Of a stretch of DNA of 64,000 nucleotides, positions 8,899 to 20,177 are shown in pieces. The DNA lies in NCBI GenBank assembly GCA_963785305.1, contig CAWAUV010000008.1:992001-1056000 (forward strand), in the 5' to 3' direction. The first letter of the stretch is position 1; every line of letters begins with the position of its first letter. The stretch comes from an uncultured Planctomycetaceae bacterium. GTDB lineage: Bacteria; Planctomycetota; Planctomycetia; Pirellulales; PALSA-1355. Below the pieces are notes generated by a model, which was not told the DNA's origin, made no database searches, and worked only from the letters and a program-made list of their open reading frames with translations. Made by a program: the position numbers and the translations under genes.

Positions 8899-10820
8899 AT
8901 GCTCGATCAAACAGCGCCACGCTGGACCGCCTCCGACGCGGCCGAAGTCTACGAAGTGGCCCGCTGGGGCAAAGGCTATTTCTCGGTGTCCGAGAAGGGC
9001 CATCTGGTGGTGCATCCCACGAAAGAGCCGCACCGGGCGATCGACCTCAAGCAACTCGTCGATCGGCTGCAACTGCGCGGCATCGATCTGCCGATTCTGA
9101 TTCGCTTCGCCGGCATGCTCAAGCATCGTCTGGGCGAAATCCACGCCGCTTTCCAACACGCGATCACCGAACACAAATACAACGGCGCCTACTGCTGCGT
9201 GTATCCGATCAAGGTCAATCAGCAGCGGCAGGTGGTCGAGGAAATTCTCCGCTTCGGCCGGCTCTACAAGTTCGGGCTCGAGGCCGGCAGCAAGCCCGAA
9301 CTCTTGGCCGTGATCGCGCTCGCGACCAACGACACGCCGATTATCTGCAATGGCTTCAAGGACGCCGAATTCATCGAAATGGCGATGATGGCCCATAAGT
9401 TCGGCCGGCAGGTGATTCCGGTGGTCGAGAAATACACCGAGCTGGCGCTGATTCTGAAGTTCGCCGAGAAAATCGGCGTGCGCCCGGTGATCGGCATGCG
9501 CGTCAAGCTCGCGGCCCGGGGCGCGGGCGCTGGCACTCCTCGGGCGGCTTCCGCTCCAAGTTCGGGCTCACGGTCACGGAAATCCTGCGGGCTCTGACCG
9601 ATCTCAAGCAGCGAGGCATGGAAGACTGTTTCAAGCTGCTGCACTTCCATCTCGGCAGTCAGATCACGAACATTCGCCAGATCAAGGGCGCGCTCAACGA
9701 AGCGGTGCGCGTGTATGTCGAGCTCAAGAAGCAAGGCGCCGGGCTGGAATACATGGATGTCGGCGGCGGCCTGGGCGTCGACTACGACGGCTCGCAAACC
9801 AACTTCGAATCGAGCGTCAACTACACGCTGCAAGAATACGCCAACGATGTCGTCTACCATGTGCAAACCGTGTGCGACGAGGCCGACGTGCCCCATCCCA
9901 CGATCATCTCCGAAAGTGGGCGGGCCGTGGTCGCTTACCACAGCGCGCTGATCTTCGGAGTGCTCGGAGTCTCGGGCCTGGGCGAAAGCGACAACTCCGC
10001 CATTCGCCTGCCGGAGGAAGCGCCCAGCCGCTTCGCGATCTGATGGACACCTACCAACATCTCACGGTGCGAAATCTGCTCGAAGCCTATCACGACGCGC
10101 TCCAGAGCGCTCGACACGAGCATGAATCTCTTCACCACCGGCTATATGTCGCTCGATCACCGGAGCGTGGCCGAGAACCTGTTTTGGGCCATCGGTCACA
10201 AAATCCAGCGGTTGGTGCGGCAGATGGAGTTTATTCCCGAGGAACTCGAAAACCTCGACGCGATGCTCTCCGACACCTATTTCTGCAACTTCTCGCTCTT
10301 CCAGTCGATGCCCGATAGTTGGGCGATCAAGCAGTTGTTTCCGATCATGCCGATCCACCGGCTCGACGAACGGCCCACGCGTCCGGCCGTGTTGGGCGAC
10401 ATTACCTGCGATTCCGACGGCAAGATCGAGCAATTCATCGATCGCCGCGATGTGAAGAAGACCCTGCCACTGCATCCCTTCACCGGCGAGCCTTATTATT
10501 TGGGCGCGTTTCTGTTCGGCGCTTACCAAGAAATCCTGGGCGACATGCACAATCTGTTCGGCGACACGAATGCGGTGCATGTGAGCATGGACGAAAACGG
10601 CGAAGTGGTGCTCGAGACCGTGATCAAGGGCGACACGGTGCGCGAGGTGCTCGACTATGTCGAGTTCAATGTCGAGTCGCTGGTGCGTCAGCTGCGCAAC
10701 AGCGTGGAATCGGCGGTGCGCGAGTTGCGCATCAGCTACGAAGAAGCCGGCCGCTTCCTCCGCTTCTACGAAGAAGGGCTCCACGGCTACACGTATTTGG
10801 AAGAGCCGCACGAAAAATAA
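8899..10820 (+). CDS. speA: Biosynthetic arginine decarboxylase (frameshifted in this sequence)
   Basis: YPIKVNQ, GLEAGSKPEL, LHFHLGSQI, DVGGGLGVDYDG, SESGRA, CNFSLFQSMPDSWAI, DITCDSDG and GAYQEILGDMHNLFG, spread over 4 frames (breaks ~9528, ~10024, ~10108). Confidence 0.92.
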
Positions 10821-10846
10821 TCACGGCGTCGCGGCTCGAAGCCAGA

Positions 10847-12781
10847 TCACGGCGCCGTCGCGATCAGTCGCACGCGCCTGAGGTCCATCACGGCGCCGCC
10901 GGGCTTCGAGATCGCGTGGATCGTGAGCGTGTGCTGGCCGTCGGAATTGATTTTGAGCTTGCCCACGTCGCGCGGGATGAATCGCTGGAAGTGGCCGGTC
11001 TCGACGACCTGGGTCGTGAGCCGCTCGCCATCGATGGCGATTTCGATCTCGGCCCCGCCCGAGCCCTTGCCGCAGCCTTGCAAGAGCTCGACTTCATAGG
11101 TACCGGCGCGGGGGACCTGGAATTTCCACTCGACCCAATCGTCTTTCACGGTCCAAAAGCCGAGCGTGTCTTTGTGCGGCGCGTCTTCGTATCGCAGCTT
11201 TTCGCCATGCGTTTGGGCGTCGCGCGCTTCAAGCGCCACGGCGCCGGTCGGATGCCCCGGCCCTGGATTCGGCTTGGCTTCGATCGCCTGATTCATGCCC
11301 TGGCGCCAGGCGCCTAGTTTCTCCGCCATGATCGAGAAGGATTTTTCGAGCGGCAGTATCGAGACATCGACATCGCGATACAGCGGCTTCCAGGCCGCGG
11401 GATCGAAGTCGGGATTCTCCGTGTTCGACCGCACCTTCAGATCGCGGCGCCATTTTTCGAGCGCTCCGCGCAGCCGGGCCACTTCGCCCGGATAGTCGGC
11501 CGAGATATCGCGCGTTTCGCTCGCGTCGGCGTCGAGATCGAAGAGCTCGCAAGCGCCGTCTTCATAGTTCTCGATCAGCTTCCAGCGTCCATCGCGAACC
11601 GCGCCCGACGGTCGGCTGCCCTGGTTCATATAGTGCGGCATGTGCCAATAGAACATGCGCGCCGGCGGTGTTTTGCCCTGGGCGATCACCGCGGCCAAGC
11701 TCAAGCCGTCGCTATCGTTCACGGGCGCTCCGCCGGCGAGCTCGACCAATGTGGGAGTCCAATCCGTTCCGATCACCGGCGCCTCGATGAGCTTGTTCCG
11801 GGGCGTGTGTTTGGTCCAGCGCACGATCAGCGGCACGCGCAGGCCACCTTCGTAGCAAAAGCCCTTGCCGGCGCGCCAGGGCGTGTTGTGTGTCGCCGGA
11901 CTCAGCGGGTTTTCGCGCACATGCAACCCGCCATTGTCGGAAGTGAAAATGAAGATTGTTCGCTCGCCCAGCCCCAGCCGATCGATCTGGGCGGCGACGC
12001 GTCCCACGCAATCGTCGAGCGACTCGATCACGGCGGCATAGGTCGGGTTGAAGGCGTCGGCATTTTTCGCGATCTGCTCGGGCTTGGCGGCAAACGGAAT
12101 ATGCGGGCTATTGTGCGCCAGATAAAGAAAGAACGGCTGGTCGCGATGCTCCTCAATGAATTTTTCGGCATGGGCCGTGAGATCATATTCGCCTTTGCTG
12201 CCCTCGGTGTCGCTCGGAACGGTGTTTTCACGGCCGGCGTAATAAGCATCGAACCCCTGGTCCGTGGGCAGAAAGCCCTTGCCGCCCAAATGCCATTTGC
12301 CAATGCAGATCGACGCGTAGCCCAGCGGCTTGAGCCGCTCGGCCAGCGTTTGTTCCTCGAGCGGCAGGTGTTGTTCGATCTTCGGGTGGAGCAGCATCTG
12401 GCTCGTGGCGTCGGGCCGGCCGGCGAGGAAGGTCGTGAGATGCAAGCGTCCGGGCGCTTTACCGCTGAGAATTGCGGCTCGCGAGGGCGAGCAGACCGAT
12501 TGCGCGGCATACGCGGAAGTGAACCGGAGTCCCTCGCTCGCGAGGCGATCGAGCGCCGGCGTGTGCTGATCGGTTCGTCCATAGCAGCCCAAGTCATTGA
12601 TTCCAAGATCATCGGCCAGAATGAACACGATGTTGGGATGCCGATCGAGGTCCGGCGCCAAGTTCTCGGCCCGCGCGCTTTTCGGACATGTCTCGATGGC
12701 GGCCAATAGCAGCGTGGCATGAGCGATCATTGCCAATCGGCGAAAAACCGCGATGTCGAAGTGCAAAATGGGGCGGTGCAT
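10847..12781 (-). CDS. Formylglycine-dependent sulfatase with C-terminal beta-sandwich/CBM-like domain
   Basis: PNIVFILADDLG, CSPSRAAILSG (CxPxR), GKWHLG, FTSDNGG; extra C-terminal domain LRYE..HKDTLGFW..DWVEW. Confidence 0.92.
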   Translation of the reverse strand: MHRPILHFDIAVFRRLAMIAHATLLLAAIETCPKSARAENLAPDLDRHPNIVFILADDLGINDLGCYGRTDQHTPALDRLASEGLRFTSAYAAQSVCSPSRAAILSGKAPGRLHLTTFLAGRPDATSQMLLHPKIEQHLPLEEQTLAERLKPLGYASICIGKWHLGGKGFLPTDQGFDAYYAGRENTVPSDTEGSKGEYDLTAHAEKFIEEHRDQPFFLYLAHNSPHIPFAAKPEQIAKNADAFNPTYAAVIESLDDCVGRVAAQIDRLGLGERTIFIFTSDNGGLHVRENPLSPATHNTPWRAGKGFCYEGGLRVPLIVRWTKHTPRNKLIEAPVIGTDWTPTLVELAGGAPVNDSDGLSLAAVIAQGKTPPARMFYWHMPHYMNQGSRPSGAVRDGRWKLIENYEDGACELFDLDADASETRDISADYPGEVARLRGALEKWRRDLKVRSNTENPDFDPAAWKPLYRDVDVSILPLEKSFSIMAEKLGAWRQGMNQAIEAKPNPGPGHPTGAVALEARDAQTHGEKLRYEDAPHKDTLGFWTVKDDWVEWKFQVPRAGTYEVELLQGCGKGSGGAEIEIAIDGERLTTQVVETGHFQRFIPRDVGKLKINSDGQHTLTIHAISKPGGAVMDLRRVRLIATAP

Positions 12782-13164
12782 CGTGTTGAATTCCGAGCTA
12801 CAGTTGTTTTGATTCGGGCGACGCGAGAAAAACGACCCGAGCGTCTTTCCTTGACGCGTCAATCCATCCAAGAGGGCGCGAACGACGTAAATGCGTTGTT
12901 GCACTATCGATGGGCGCTGGCGGCAAGTCAAACCGGAGTAGGCGGGGCGGCCGTTTTGTTAGAATCGAGTTAGCGGCCGATTGCAACCCACGCCATGCGA
13001 AATAGCGACCAACGACGCGTAGCGGCTTGCCGATGCCCGCTTCGTGAGCGACCATGGAAAAGATGACCCTGATGCGCGCGAAGTAGCTTCGCGCTCGGCG
13101 CCAGTGACCCTTCGATCTGAAACCGACTTTCCCAGAATGAGTCTCGTAATCGAGGATTCCTAAA

Positions 13165-13884
13165 ATGCGACGAAATCGTTGTCGTCGGGTAGTGATAGGG
13201 CTTTGCCTGTGCTTTGCTGCGGGCGCAATGCTCGCCTCCGCTCCAGCCGCCGAACCGGCGACCGCGAAGAGCGCTGCGGCAAGCGCTCCGGGGACAAGTG
13301 CGCCGGGGGTAGGCGCTCCGGGGGTAGGCGCTCCGGGGGCAAGCGCTCCGGCCGTGTCGGCGGGTGATGCCCCCACGCATGCCGAAGTCCGCCATCATGG
13401 CTCGCTCGGAGTGCTGGTGAGCAAGTCCGCCGATGGGGTGCAGGTCGTGGGGCTCATTCCGGGCGGAGCAGCCGCTCGCGGCGGGATGCGCGTGGGCGAT
13501 GAAATTCGCTACGTGGGCGACGAACGTATCCACGGCGTCGAACAACTCGGCGATGAGATTCGCAAATACCCGGCCGACGCGCGAGTCGATCTCACGATTC
13601 GCCGCAATGGAGAACGCGAGATCGTCAAGGCCCGGCTCAGCGCCGCTCCCGACGCGGCAAGCGAGCGGAACGCGGCAGGATCGACTGCCCTATCGGGCGA
13701 CGCGACAAGCCTCGCCGACCAAGTTCGGTTGCTCCAGCGGCAAATCGGACGCATGCAGCGCCAGATCGATCAACTGCGAAGCAATCAGCGCGGGCGAATT
13801 TCGCGTCAGCAGGACATGCGGAACCCCGACTGGGGTTGGAACGGCCACGGCGAAATGGACGACGATCCGTCGCTGTTTCAGTAA
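13165..13884 (+). CDS. Secreted PDZ-domain protein with coiled coil
   Basis: Signal peptide, low-complexity linker, PDZ (SLGVLV..VQVVGLIPGGAAARGGMRVGDEI), coiled-coil C-terminus. Confidence 0.8.
   Translation: MRRNRCRRVVIGLCLCFAAGAMLASAPAAEPATAKSAAASAPGTSAPGVGAPGVGAPGASAPAVSAGDAPTHAEVRHHGSLGVLVSKSADGVQVVGLIPGGAAARGGMRVGDEIRYVGDERIHGVEQLGDEIRKYPADARVDLTIRRNGEREIVKARLSAAPDAASERNAAGSTALSGDATSLADQVRLLQRQIGRMQRQIDQLRSNQRGRISRQQDMRNPDWGWNGHGEMDDDPSLFQ
13279..13350 (+). repeat. 15-bp coding tandem repeat (APG-x-S/G)
   Basis: About 5 units resembling GCGCTCCGGGGGTAG, encoding ASAPGTSAPGVGAPGVGAPGASAP. Confidence 0.8.
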
Positions 13885-13903
13885 GCGTCCCGCGTTCCCG
13901 GCG

Positions 13904-15640
13904 TTACTTCGTCGGATCTTCGAGCGGATTTCGCGGCGCGGCGCCTTGCAAGACATCGGGCAGCGGCACGGGGACTTCTTCCACGATCTCGTTCCCTTGC
14001 TCCATGGCCGGCGATTGCATCCGCGGTGTCTGACCGATGGCCACCAGCAATTGAAACTGCGCGATATTGTGCCCCATGATCGCGTCGACCACGTTTTGGC
14101 GCGCGTCGGCCACGAGCGTCATGCTGTTGAGCGACTCGATCGGCAAACCTTCGCCGGACCGGGTGCGGGTAATTTCTTCTTGGGCCCCGCGCTCGGCGGC
14201 CGCGAGCTGAATCGCCGTGACTTTGAGCAACCGTCGCTGGGCTTCGAGTCCTGCGTAGGACTGCGCCACTTGACGGCGCACCTCGGCCGTGAGCACGGTC
14301 TGGCTGCCGATCAGGGCGTCGCGTTCCGAACGGCGTTGCCGTGTCATCGCCACATTGCCCGCCCCGAAATTCTGCAAGGTCCAGATCGCCGAAACATCGA
14401 AGTCATCGCGGCTGGAGAAACGCTGGTAGAACGAATCGACGCCGAGCGCCGTGAGATTGCTGCCGCCGCCAAAACCGCCGGCGCTGAAGCCCACGTACAT
14501 CGTCGGGTAAAACACGCGGTTGCGTTCCTGCTTGTAGCGAGTGTTGGCCGCTTCGATCGAGGCGACGCGGGCATTGATTTCGGGCCGGCGTCCGAGCGCG
14601 ATCGAGGTAAGCTGTTCGGTGGTGGCCGTGGGATCGACCAGTTCGAGCAGTTCCATCGACGACTTGCCGGTGGTGAGTCGCACCGAGGGATCGAGCCGCA
14701 ACAGCCGCGCGAGTTCGGTCGAGGCGAAATACACTTCGGCCTGGGCGCCCTGCTGTTGGGAACGCATGAAGAGCGCTTCGGTGCGCGCCCGTTTGTAGTC
14801 GCCATCGCGACCTTGCCCGGCAAGCGCGAAGACTTGCGTGGCTTTGACGATCTCATGCAACTGCACGCGTGAAACATTCCAAGCTTCCAGCTTGAGCTCG
14901 GCGCCGGCCAAGCGGAGATAGGCGTTGGCCACGAGGAGCATCGTGTCGTTTTCCGTGGCCGTGGCCGTGGCCCGGGCCCTGCCCACTTCTTGCCGCGCGG
15001 CGATCGGCAAATAGATCGCGTCGCCCAAGTGCTGAAAAATCTGCACGGCCGGAACACCGACGGTTTCGGCGGCCAAGGTGCGGGCGCCGCCGCCGACATA
15101 GAGCGATTGCTCCGTGATGTTGCGCATCAAACCAAACGATGTTTGCAACACGCCGTTGTGCTGATGGTAATTCGTGCCGGCGTTCAAGTTCGGCAGCAGC
15201 AGCACTCGGGCGCCGCGCCACACCGCCAGCGCCTCGCGAATCGCCTCGCGGCTCGCGCCCAATTGCGGATTCGCCGACTCCGCCAAACGCAAGGCGGTGG
15301 GCAGATCGATGGTGTAGGTTTCCGACTCGGGCACGATCGGAGCGATCGGCTCGGGACCGGCCGAGGATTCGACCTGCATCGGGTCCGAGACGCTCTTGGG
15401 ATCGCGTTCGCTGGCCAGCGGCGGCGCTGGCGGGCGAATGTCGGCCGCCGGGGCGGGCAACGACTCGGGTCGCCCTATCGAAGGCGCGCTCGGCTGCGCG
15501 GCGAATAGCGCCGCGCCCCCCAGTGGCGCGCAGGTCGCCAGCCAAGCGAGCGCTAGCCCGAGACATCGCCCGCCGCGCCGCGACGCCAAAACCGCGCCGG
15601 TCGACGAAGCATTCCGATTTTTGATGTCCGTGAATCTCAT
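13904..15640 (-). CDS. TolC-family outer membrane protein (paralogue 3)
   Basis: IDLPTALRLA..NP, LLPNLNAG..Y..H.G.LQ, ALGRRPEI, WTLQNFGAGN, EGLPIESL, HNIAQFQLLVAIGQ. Confidence 0.88.
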   Translation of the reverse strand: MRFTDIKNRNASSTGAVLASRRGGRCLGLALAWLATCAPLGGAALFAAQPSAPSIGRPESLPAPAADIRPPAPPLASERDPKSVSDPMQVESSAGPEPIAPIVPESETYTIDLPTALRLAESANPQLGASREAIREALAVWRGARVLLLPNLNAGTNYHQHNGVLQTSFGLMRNITEQSLYVGGGARTLAAETVGVPAVQIFQHLGDAIYLPIAARQEVGRARATATATENDTMLLVANAYLRLAGAELKLEAWNVSRVQLHEIVKATQVFALAGQGRDGDYKRARTEALFMRSQQQGAQAEVYFASTELARLLRLDPSVRLTTGKSSMELLELVDPTATTEQLTSIALGRRPEINARVASIEAANTRYKQERNRVFYPTMYVGFSAGGFGGGSNLTALGVDSFYQRFSSRDDFDVSAIWTLQNFGAGNVAMTRQRRSERDALIGSQTVLTAEVRRQVAQSYAGLEAQRRLLKVTAIQLAAAERGAQEEITRTRSGEGLPIESLNSMTLVADARQNVVDAIMGHNIAQFQLLVAIGQTPRMQSPAMEQGNEIVEEVPVPLPDVLQGAAPRNPLEDPTK

Positions 15641-15703
15641 GGTGAACCGGGTCTCGCTTGGTTCAACGCTTTACTGGCCTCGATTACCGACAAAGGAAAT
15701 CGA

Positions 15704-17602
15704 TCAGCGCTTGGCGGGCGTGTCTTCATCCGTCGGCGGCGGAGGCAGCGGCATCACGCCCTCGGGCGAGGCTTGACCTTGGAGTCGTGGTTCTTGGCCC
15801 GGCGGCAGCGGTTCCGTGCGAACGAGCGCGTCGGCCGGCGGTTGCCCTAGGGCCACATACAACTCGAACTGGGCGCGGTTGTAGTTGATGATCGAGCTCA
15901 AGTACTCGAGTCTCGCTCGCCCCAAGAGCCGCAAGCTATCGACGGCCTCGATCGGCAGGCCCTCGTTGCCGCGAACGCGTGAAATATCCTCGAGCCAGCT
16001 ATCGCGCGCCGTGCCCACGGCTTCTTGGCTGGTAATGAGCTGCGCGAGCCGCGCCTGGGCGGCCACATAGGCATTGGCGACTTCCTGGCGCACTTGCTCG
16101 AAGATCACGAGCCGCTGCCAGTCGGCGATGCGCATTCTCGCGGCGGCGGCGTCGATCAGCGCCCGGTTGCCAAGGCCCAGGTTCTTCAGGGTCCAATAAG
16201 CCATGTAGTCTTCGTCGGTGCGGCCCAACAGGTTGCCGAAACGAGACGATCCAGAAGCGAAGGGCGCCGAGCCGACCGGATTCGCCACCAAGTTGCTGCC
16301 GCCCGCTTCCGTGCCGCCGCTGACGCCGATAAACACGGTGGGCGAGAAAGGCAACATCCGCGCCCCATCGAGCGATGCCAGAGTAGCTCGGATCGCCGCT
16401 TGCTGGGCCGCCAACTCCGGCCGCCGGGTCACGGCGATTGCCAGCAACTCGTTCATGGGAATCGCCTCGGGCACCAACACCCGCGGCACGACCCAGTTAT
16501 CGGTCGGGTGCAATCGCAGCGACGGGTCGAGGCCCAGCAATTGGGCGAGCCGCGTGCTCGCGCGAAGCGTGTCGCCATCGGCGGCGACGGCCAGTGAATC
16601 GCGATCCAACAGCACCGTGGCGGCACGGTTGGCGTCGGCGTCGCGCCCCTGGCCGGTCTGGGCATAGCTGCGCGTGATCGAGGCGAGCTCGATCGCGTCG
16701 GCACGCACCTGGAGCAAGATACTCCGGCGTCCTTCGGCGGCGAGCAAGTCCATGTAATTGCTCGCCACGCGTAGGCCCATCGTATTGCGCTCGGCGACCG
16801 ATAGAAACTGCCGCTGATTGACGAATTGCTGGCTTTGCAAATAGTTGTATAGCACGACCGACGGATTGTTGGACCACATCAAGCCGGGGATATTGACCGT
16901 GCCCGCGGCAATCGCCACGGCGCCCGCGCCAAGGTAGAGCGAATTGCGCTTGACGCTCAGGATATTGCCATCGGACTGTTGCAGCGGGCCGGTGTGGCCA
17001 TCGTAGCTCGTGCCGAGGTTGATCGTGGGGAGGATTTGCGTCGCCGCCAGTTGCCGCAGCGCGGCCGCTTCCACCACCCTCTGCTGGGCGAGCAAGAACT
17101 GGGGGTTCCGCACATCGACCATCGCCAAGGCCGACGCCAAGTCGATCGGAGTGACTTCGATATCGGGAAACACGCTCGGCAATTGTTCCGGCGGAGCATC
17201 GATCGGCACGTTCTTCTCGCCGCTTCCCAAAATGCCCGCCACGTCGGCCGCGGGCGGCTCGGGCGGCGGGCTCGGCTGCAAGCTGGCCACGCGCACGTTC
17301 GGTCGCGCCGCGCTTTGAGCAACCCCCGGCCGCCCGACGAGATTCCGCGCCGAACTCGCCGCGCCGCTGGGCGGCGGGCTTGCCGGAGCGGCGTTCACGG
17401 CGCCAGTGCTCGGGCTCGCGGCCCGCGCGAGCGCGGCGCCGAACCAGCCGGCGCCAAGGCTTTGGGCCAAGAGCCAAGCAACCACCGCGCGGCGGCCTTG
17501 CCCCGCGCTCGGCGAACCCGCGCCCGGGCGTCGCGCGTCGCGCGTCGCTTTCCGTCGGCGGCCCTGGAGCACTGGCGCGTCGATCCGATTTCCTCGGGTC
17601 AT
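15704..17602 (-). CDS. TolC-family outer membrane protein (paralogue 2)
   Basis: IDLASALA, LPTINLG..YDGHTGPLQ, AVTRRPEL, WTLKNLGLGN, EGLPIEAV, YNRAQFELYVALGQPP. Confidence 0.88.
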   Translation of the reverse strand: MTRGNRIDAPVLQGRRRKATRDARRPGAGSPSAGQGRRAVVAWLLAQSLGAGWFGAALARAASPSTGAVNAAPASPPPSGAASSARNLVGRPGVAQSAARPNVRVASLQPSPPPEPPAADVAGILGSGEKNVPIDAPPEQLPSVFPDIEVTPIDLASALAMVDVRNPQFLLAQQRVVEAAALRQLAATQILPTINLGTSYDGHTGPLQQSDGNILSVKRNSLYLGAGAVAIAAGTVNIPGLMWSNNPSVVLYNYLQSQQFVNQRQFLSVAERNTMGLRVASNYMDLLAAEGRRSILLQVRADAIELASITRSYAQTGQGRDADANRAATVLLDRDSLAVAADGDTLRASTRLAQLLGLDPSLRLHPTDNWVVPRVLVPEAIPMNELLAIAVTRRPELAAQQAAIRATLASLDGARMLPFSPTVFIGVSGGTEAGGSNLVANPVGSAPFASGSSRFGNLLGRTDEDYMAYWTLKNLGLGNRALIDAAAARMRIADWQRLVIFEQVRQEVANAYVAAQARLAQLITSQEAVGTARDSWLEDISRVRGNEGLPIEAVDSLRLLGRARLEYLSSIINYNRAQFELYVALGQPPADALVRTEPLPPGQEPRLQGQASPEGVMPLPPPPTDEDTPAKR

Positions 17603-19332
17603 CGTTTGGCTCCCTGGGCTCGCGGTTCACCCGCGGGATTGAAACCTCCGGTCGGACGCGCTAGTAAATCCGCGGGCGGTTGACCCATTGCGGTATACAA
17701 GGCGAACTGCGCTTCGTTGTAATCGATGATCGTGTTCAAATAGTCTTGCCGCGAGCGAAGCACGAGCCGCAGGCTATCGAGCACCTCAAGCGGCCGACCT
17801 TCACCCGCCCGAACTCGGCGAAGGTCCTGCTCATAGGCCGCTTGGCTTGATGCGACCGCTTGCTCGCGAAATTGAAGCTGCGCGAGCTGGGTTTGCTTGC
17901 GGGCATAGGCGTCGGCCACCTCGGCCCGCACTTGATTGAGCACGATCAATTGCTCGAGTTCCGTGGCCCGCAGCCGGGCGCGGGCTGTTTGGATCATGGC
18001 GCGATTGCCCAGGCCGAGGTTTTGCAGCGACCAGTAGACCGCCACGTCGGTATCCGTGCGGTCGGCGAAGTCGCCGAAGCGCGGCGTTCCAGCCGGGGCG
18101 TTATTCCCTAGGGGATTGCCGGCCACGATATTGCTGCCGCCGCCGAACGTGCCCGAACTGAAACCGGCCAAAATCTGGGGCGAGAACGGCAACATGCGCG
18201 AGGCTTGCAATTGCAACATCGCCGCATGAATCGCCGCCCGCTGCGCTGAAAGCTCCGGGCGACGATAGAGCGCCATCACCACAAGCTCATTGAGCGGAAT
18301 CGGATCGGGCACGATCGAACGCGGCACGACCCACGGCTCGGCCGGCCGGAGGCGAATCGAGCTTTGCAAGTTGAGTTGCTCGACCAGCAGGGCCGACGCT
18401 TCGTAGACCCGCGCGTCGGCAAGCCACATGCCGGCTTCGCGCCGTTCGAGCTCGGTGGCGGCGCGTTCGCGTTCCGAATCGCGGCCCTCGCCCGTCGCGG
18501 CGAAGTCGGCGGTTACGCGGGCGACTTCCTTGGCGTTGTCGCGGCTCTGCTGCACGATGGCTCGAGCGCCATCGGCGCACAGCAGCTCCCCATAGGCCAG
18601 CGCCACTCGCAATTGCACATCGTTCGTCGTGGCGCGGGCCAGCCAGCGCGAGCGATCGAGCTGCGGCCGCGTGACCAGGTAGTTGTAGATGCTGTCGGAG
18701 AGATTCAAGTTGTATTGAATGCCCGGCACGCTCACCGTGCCGGCCGCCACGGCGTTGCTACCCGCGCCCACGTAGAGCGAGTCGCGAGTCACATTGAGGA
18801 TATTGCCGCTGGCCTGCTGCAGGGCGCCGCTATGGCCGTCGAAGTTTCCGCCGCCATTGAGATTCGGCAATGCTCGGGCGGCGGCCAATTGCTGCATCGC
18901 GGTAGCGACCAAGGTGCGCTGATACGCGGTCACGAGATCGCCGTTGCGCGCGCCGGCCAGCCGGAGCGCGGCCGGCAAGTCGATATAGGCCCACTGCTGG
19001 CCCTCGGGGGTGGTTCCGCCCGCCGCGGCGCCGGGTCCCTCGGGCGGAGGCGTTGCCCCGCTCGGCAGACTCGGGAAACTAGGCGGTTGGGCCGCGGAGC
19101 CAGGCCCCAAGGCGCCGGCCCCCGGACTTGCGTTTTCACCCGTTTGTGGGGCGGGGGGCTGTCCGAAGACCGAGGGCGGCTGCTGGGCCGAGACCCAAGG
19201 AGCGTCGCTCCCCATGCCGCCGGCGGCTATTGCGAGGCCGAAGACCGAGGGCCAATAGCCACGGGTGGCGAAACGCAAGACTCGCACGCGGTTTCGGGAG
19301 CGCGGCTGCGAGTTGTGATGGTTGTGGCTCAT
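17599..19332 (-). CDS. TolC-family outer membrane protein (paralogue 1)
   Basis: IDLPAALRLA, LPNLNGG..FDGHSGALQ, ALYRRPEL, WSLQNLGLGN, EGRPLEVL, YNEAQFALYTAMGQPP; its stop overlaps the next start (ATGA). Confidence 0.88.
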   Translation of the reverse strand: MSHNHHNSQPRSRNRVRVLRFATRGYWPSVFGLAIAAGGMGSDAPWVSAQQPPSVFGQPPAPQTGENASPGAGALGPGSAAQPPSFPSLPSGATPPPEGPGAAAGGTTPEGQQWAYIDLPAALRLAGARNGDLVTAYQRTLVATAMQQLAAARALPNLNGGGNFDGHSGALQQASGNILNVTRDSLYVGAGSNAVAAGTVSVPGIQYNLNLSDSIYNYLVTRPQLDRSRWLARATTNDVQLRVALAYGELLCADGARAIVQQSRDNAKEVARVTADFAATGEGRDSERERAATELERREAGMWLADARVYEASALLVEQLNLQSSIRLRPAEPWVVPRSIVPDPIPLNELVVMALYRRPELSAQRAAIHAAMLQLQASRMLPFSPQILAGFSSGTFGGGSNIVAGNPLGNNAPAGTPRFGDFADRTDTDVAVYWSLQNLGLGNRAMIQTARARLRATELEQLIVLNQVRAEVADAYARKQTQLAQLQFREQAVASSQAAYEQDLRRVRAGEGRPLEVLDSLRLVLRSRQDYLNTIIDYNEAQFALYTAMGQPPADLLARPTGGFNPAGEPRAQGAKR

Positions 19333-19845
19333 ATCCCAGGTTTTCGTCGGAGACCGGTTTCAAAGGTTAATCCAATCACCCGGGCAACGACGGTCCGTCT
19401 AATCGTTAAGATCGCATGGGATTTTCTGACAATACCCCTGGCGCCGGCGGGGGCATCTAACGGAACCTTAATGACTTTTCCCGAAAAGCCGTCGATAAAG
19501 TTCAGCGGGCGGTGCTTGCGGCAAATACCGCGCATTTTTTCTCCGTTTTCGAGCGATTCTTGCGGCGCCGGTCTAAAATGGTCGAAGCAATCGCGGGAAA
19601 ATGACTTAAGTCGTTGCCGCGATAGTGTCTTACATTTCCGCAATGAAGTTGCGGTTGGCCGCGATCGCGTGGTAAGTTAAAAAACGAGATTTGAATGTAG
19701 GGTTTCTGGCGCCCGTGAGCGATTGCCCTCTTGGGCGCCTGTTTCCGAGAAGTCCCATGACCCCGCGGGTTCGCGATTACGTATCGATGGGAAGAGCGGC
19801 GACTTGAAGTGGCGAATCGCCCAAAGGACCGCAATGTCGGCCGAA

Positions 19846-19891
19846 CGCCGCGCCTCATGCTGCCCGCCGCGCCTCATGCTGCCCGCCGCGC
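19846..19891. repeat. 19-bp direct tandem repeat in the divergent promoter region
   Basis: CGCCGCGCCTCATGCTGCC twice, plus an 8-nt partial third copy. Confidence 0.85.
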
Positions 19892-20177
19892 ATGACTTGT
19901 CGCGACTTTTTTGGATGTATGCTGTCGGAAGCGAGCGTCGCTTCCTGGCGAAGAATTATATTTCGCGCTCAATGTTTCGGCGCTGTCTTGCCGCGATTGA
20001 GACCGCTAATGGGATTGTCCCCGGCAGTTTCGACGGATTATCTTGATTAGTGGCAGCTCAATGTCATTGGCACGATGACGTTTGAGCATGGGCGGCGATT
20101 GAGCGACTCGGATCACGGCGATCACGTATCCCATGCCCCCTGGGATTCCTGACTCGCTTTTTCAGGAGAATGCTTCG

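Noticed and set aside
9520..10120. Programmed frameshifting in speA (polyamine control)
   Set aside because: Three separate breaks, no slippery heptamer, and the same error pattern occurs across the window.
13279..13350. Short repeats as a possible CRISPR array (also 19846-19891 and 25084-25134)
   Set aside because: Tandem units without spacers; two are coding low-complexity repeats; no cas genes.
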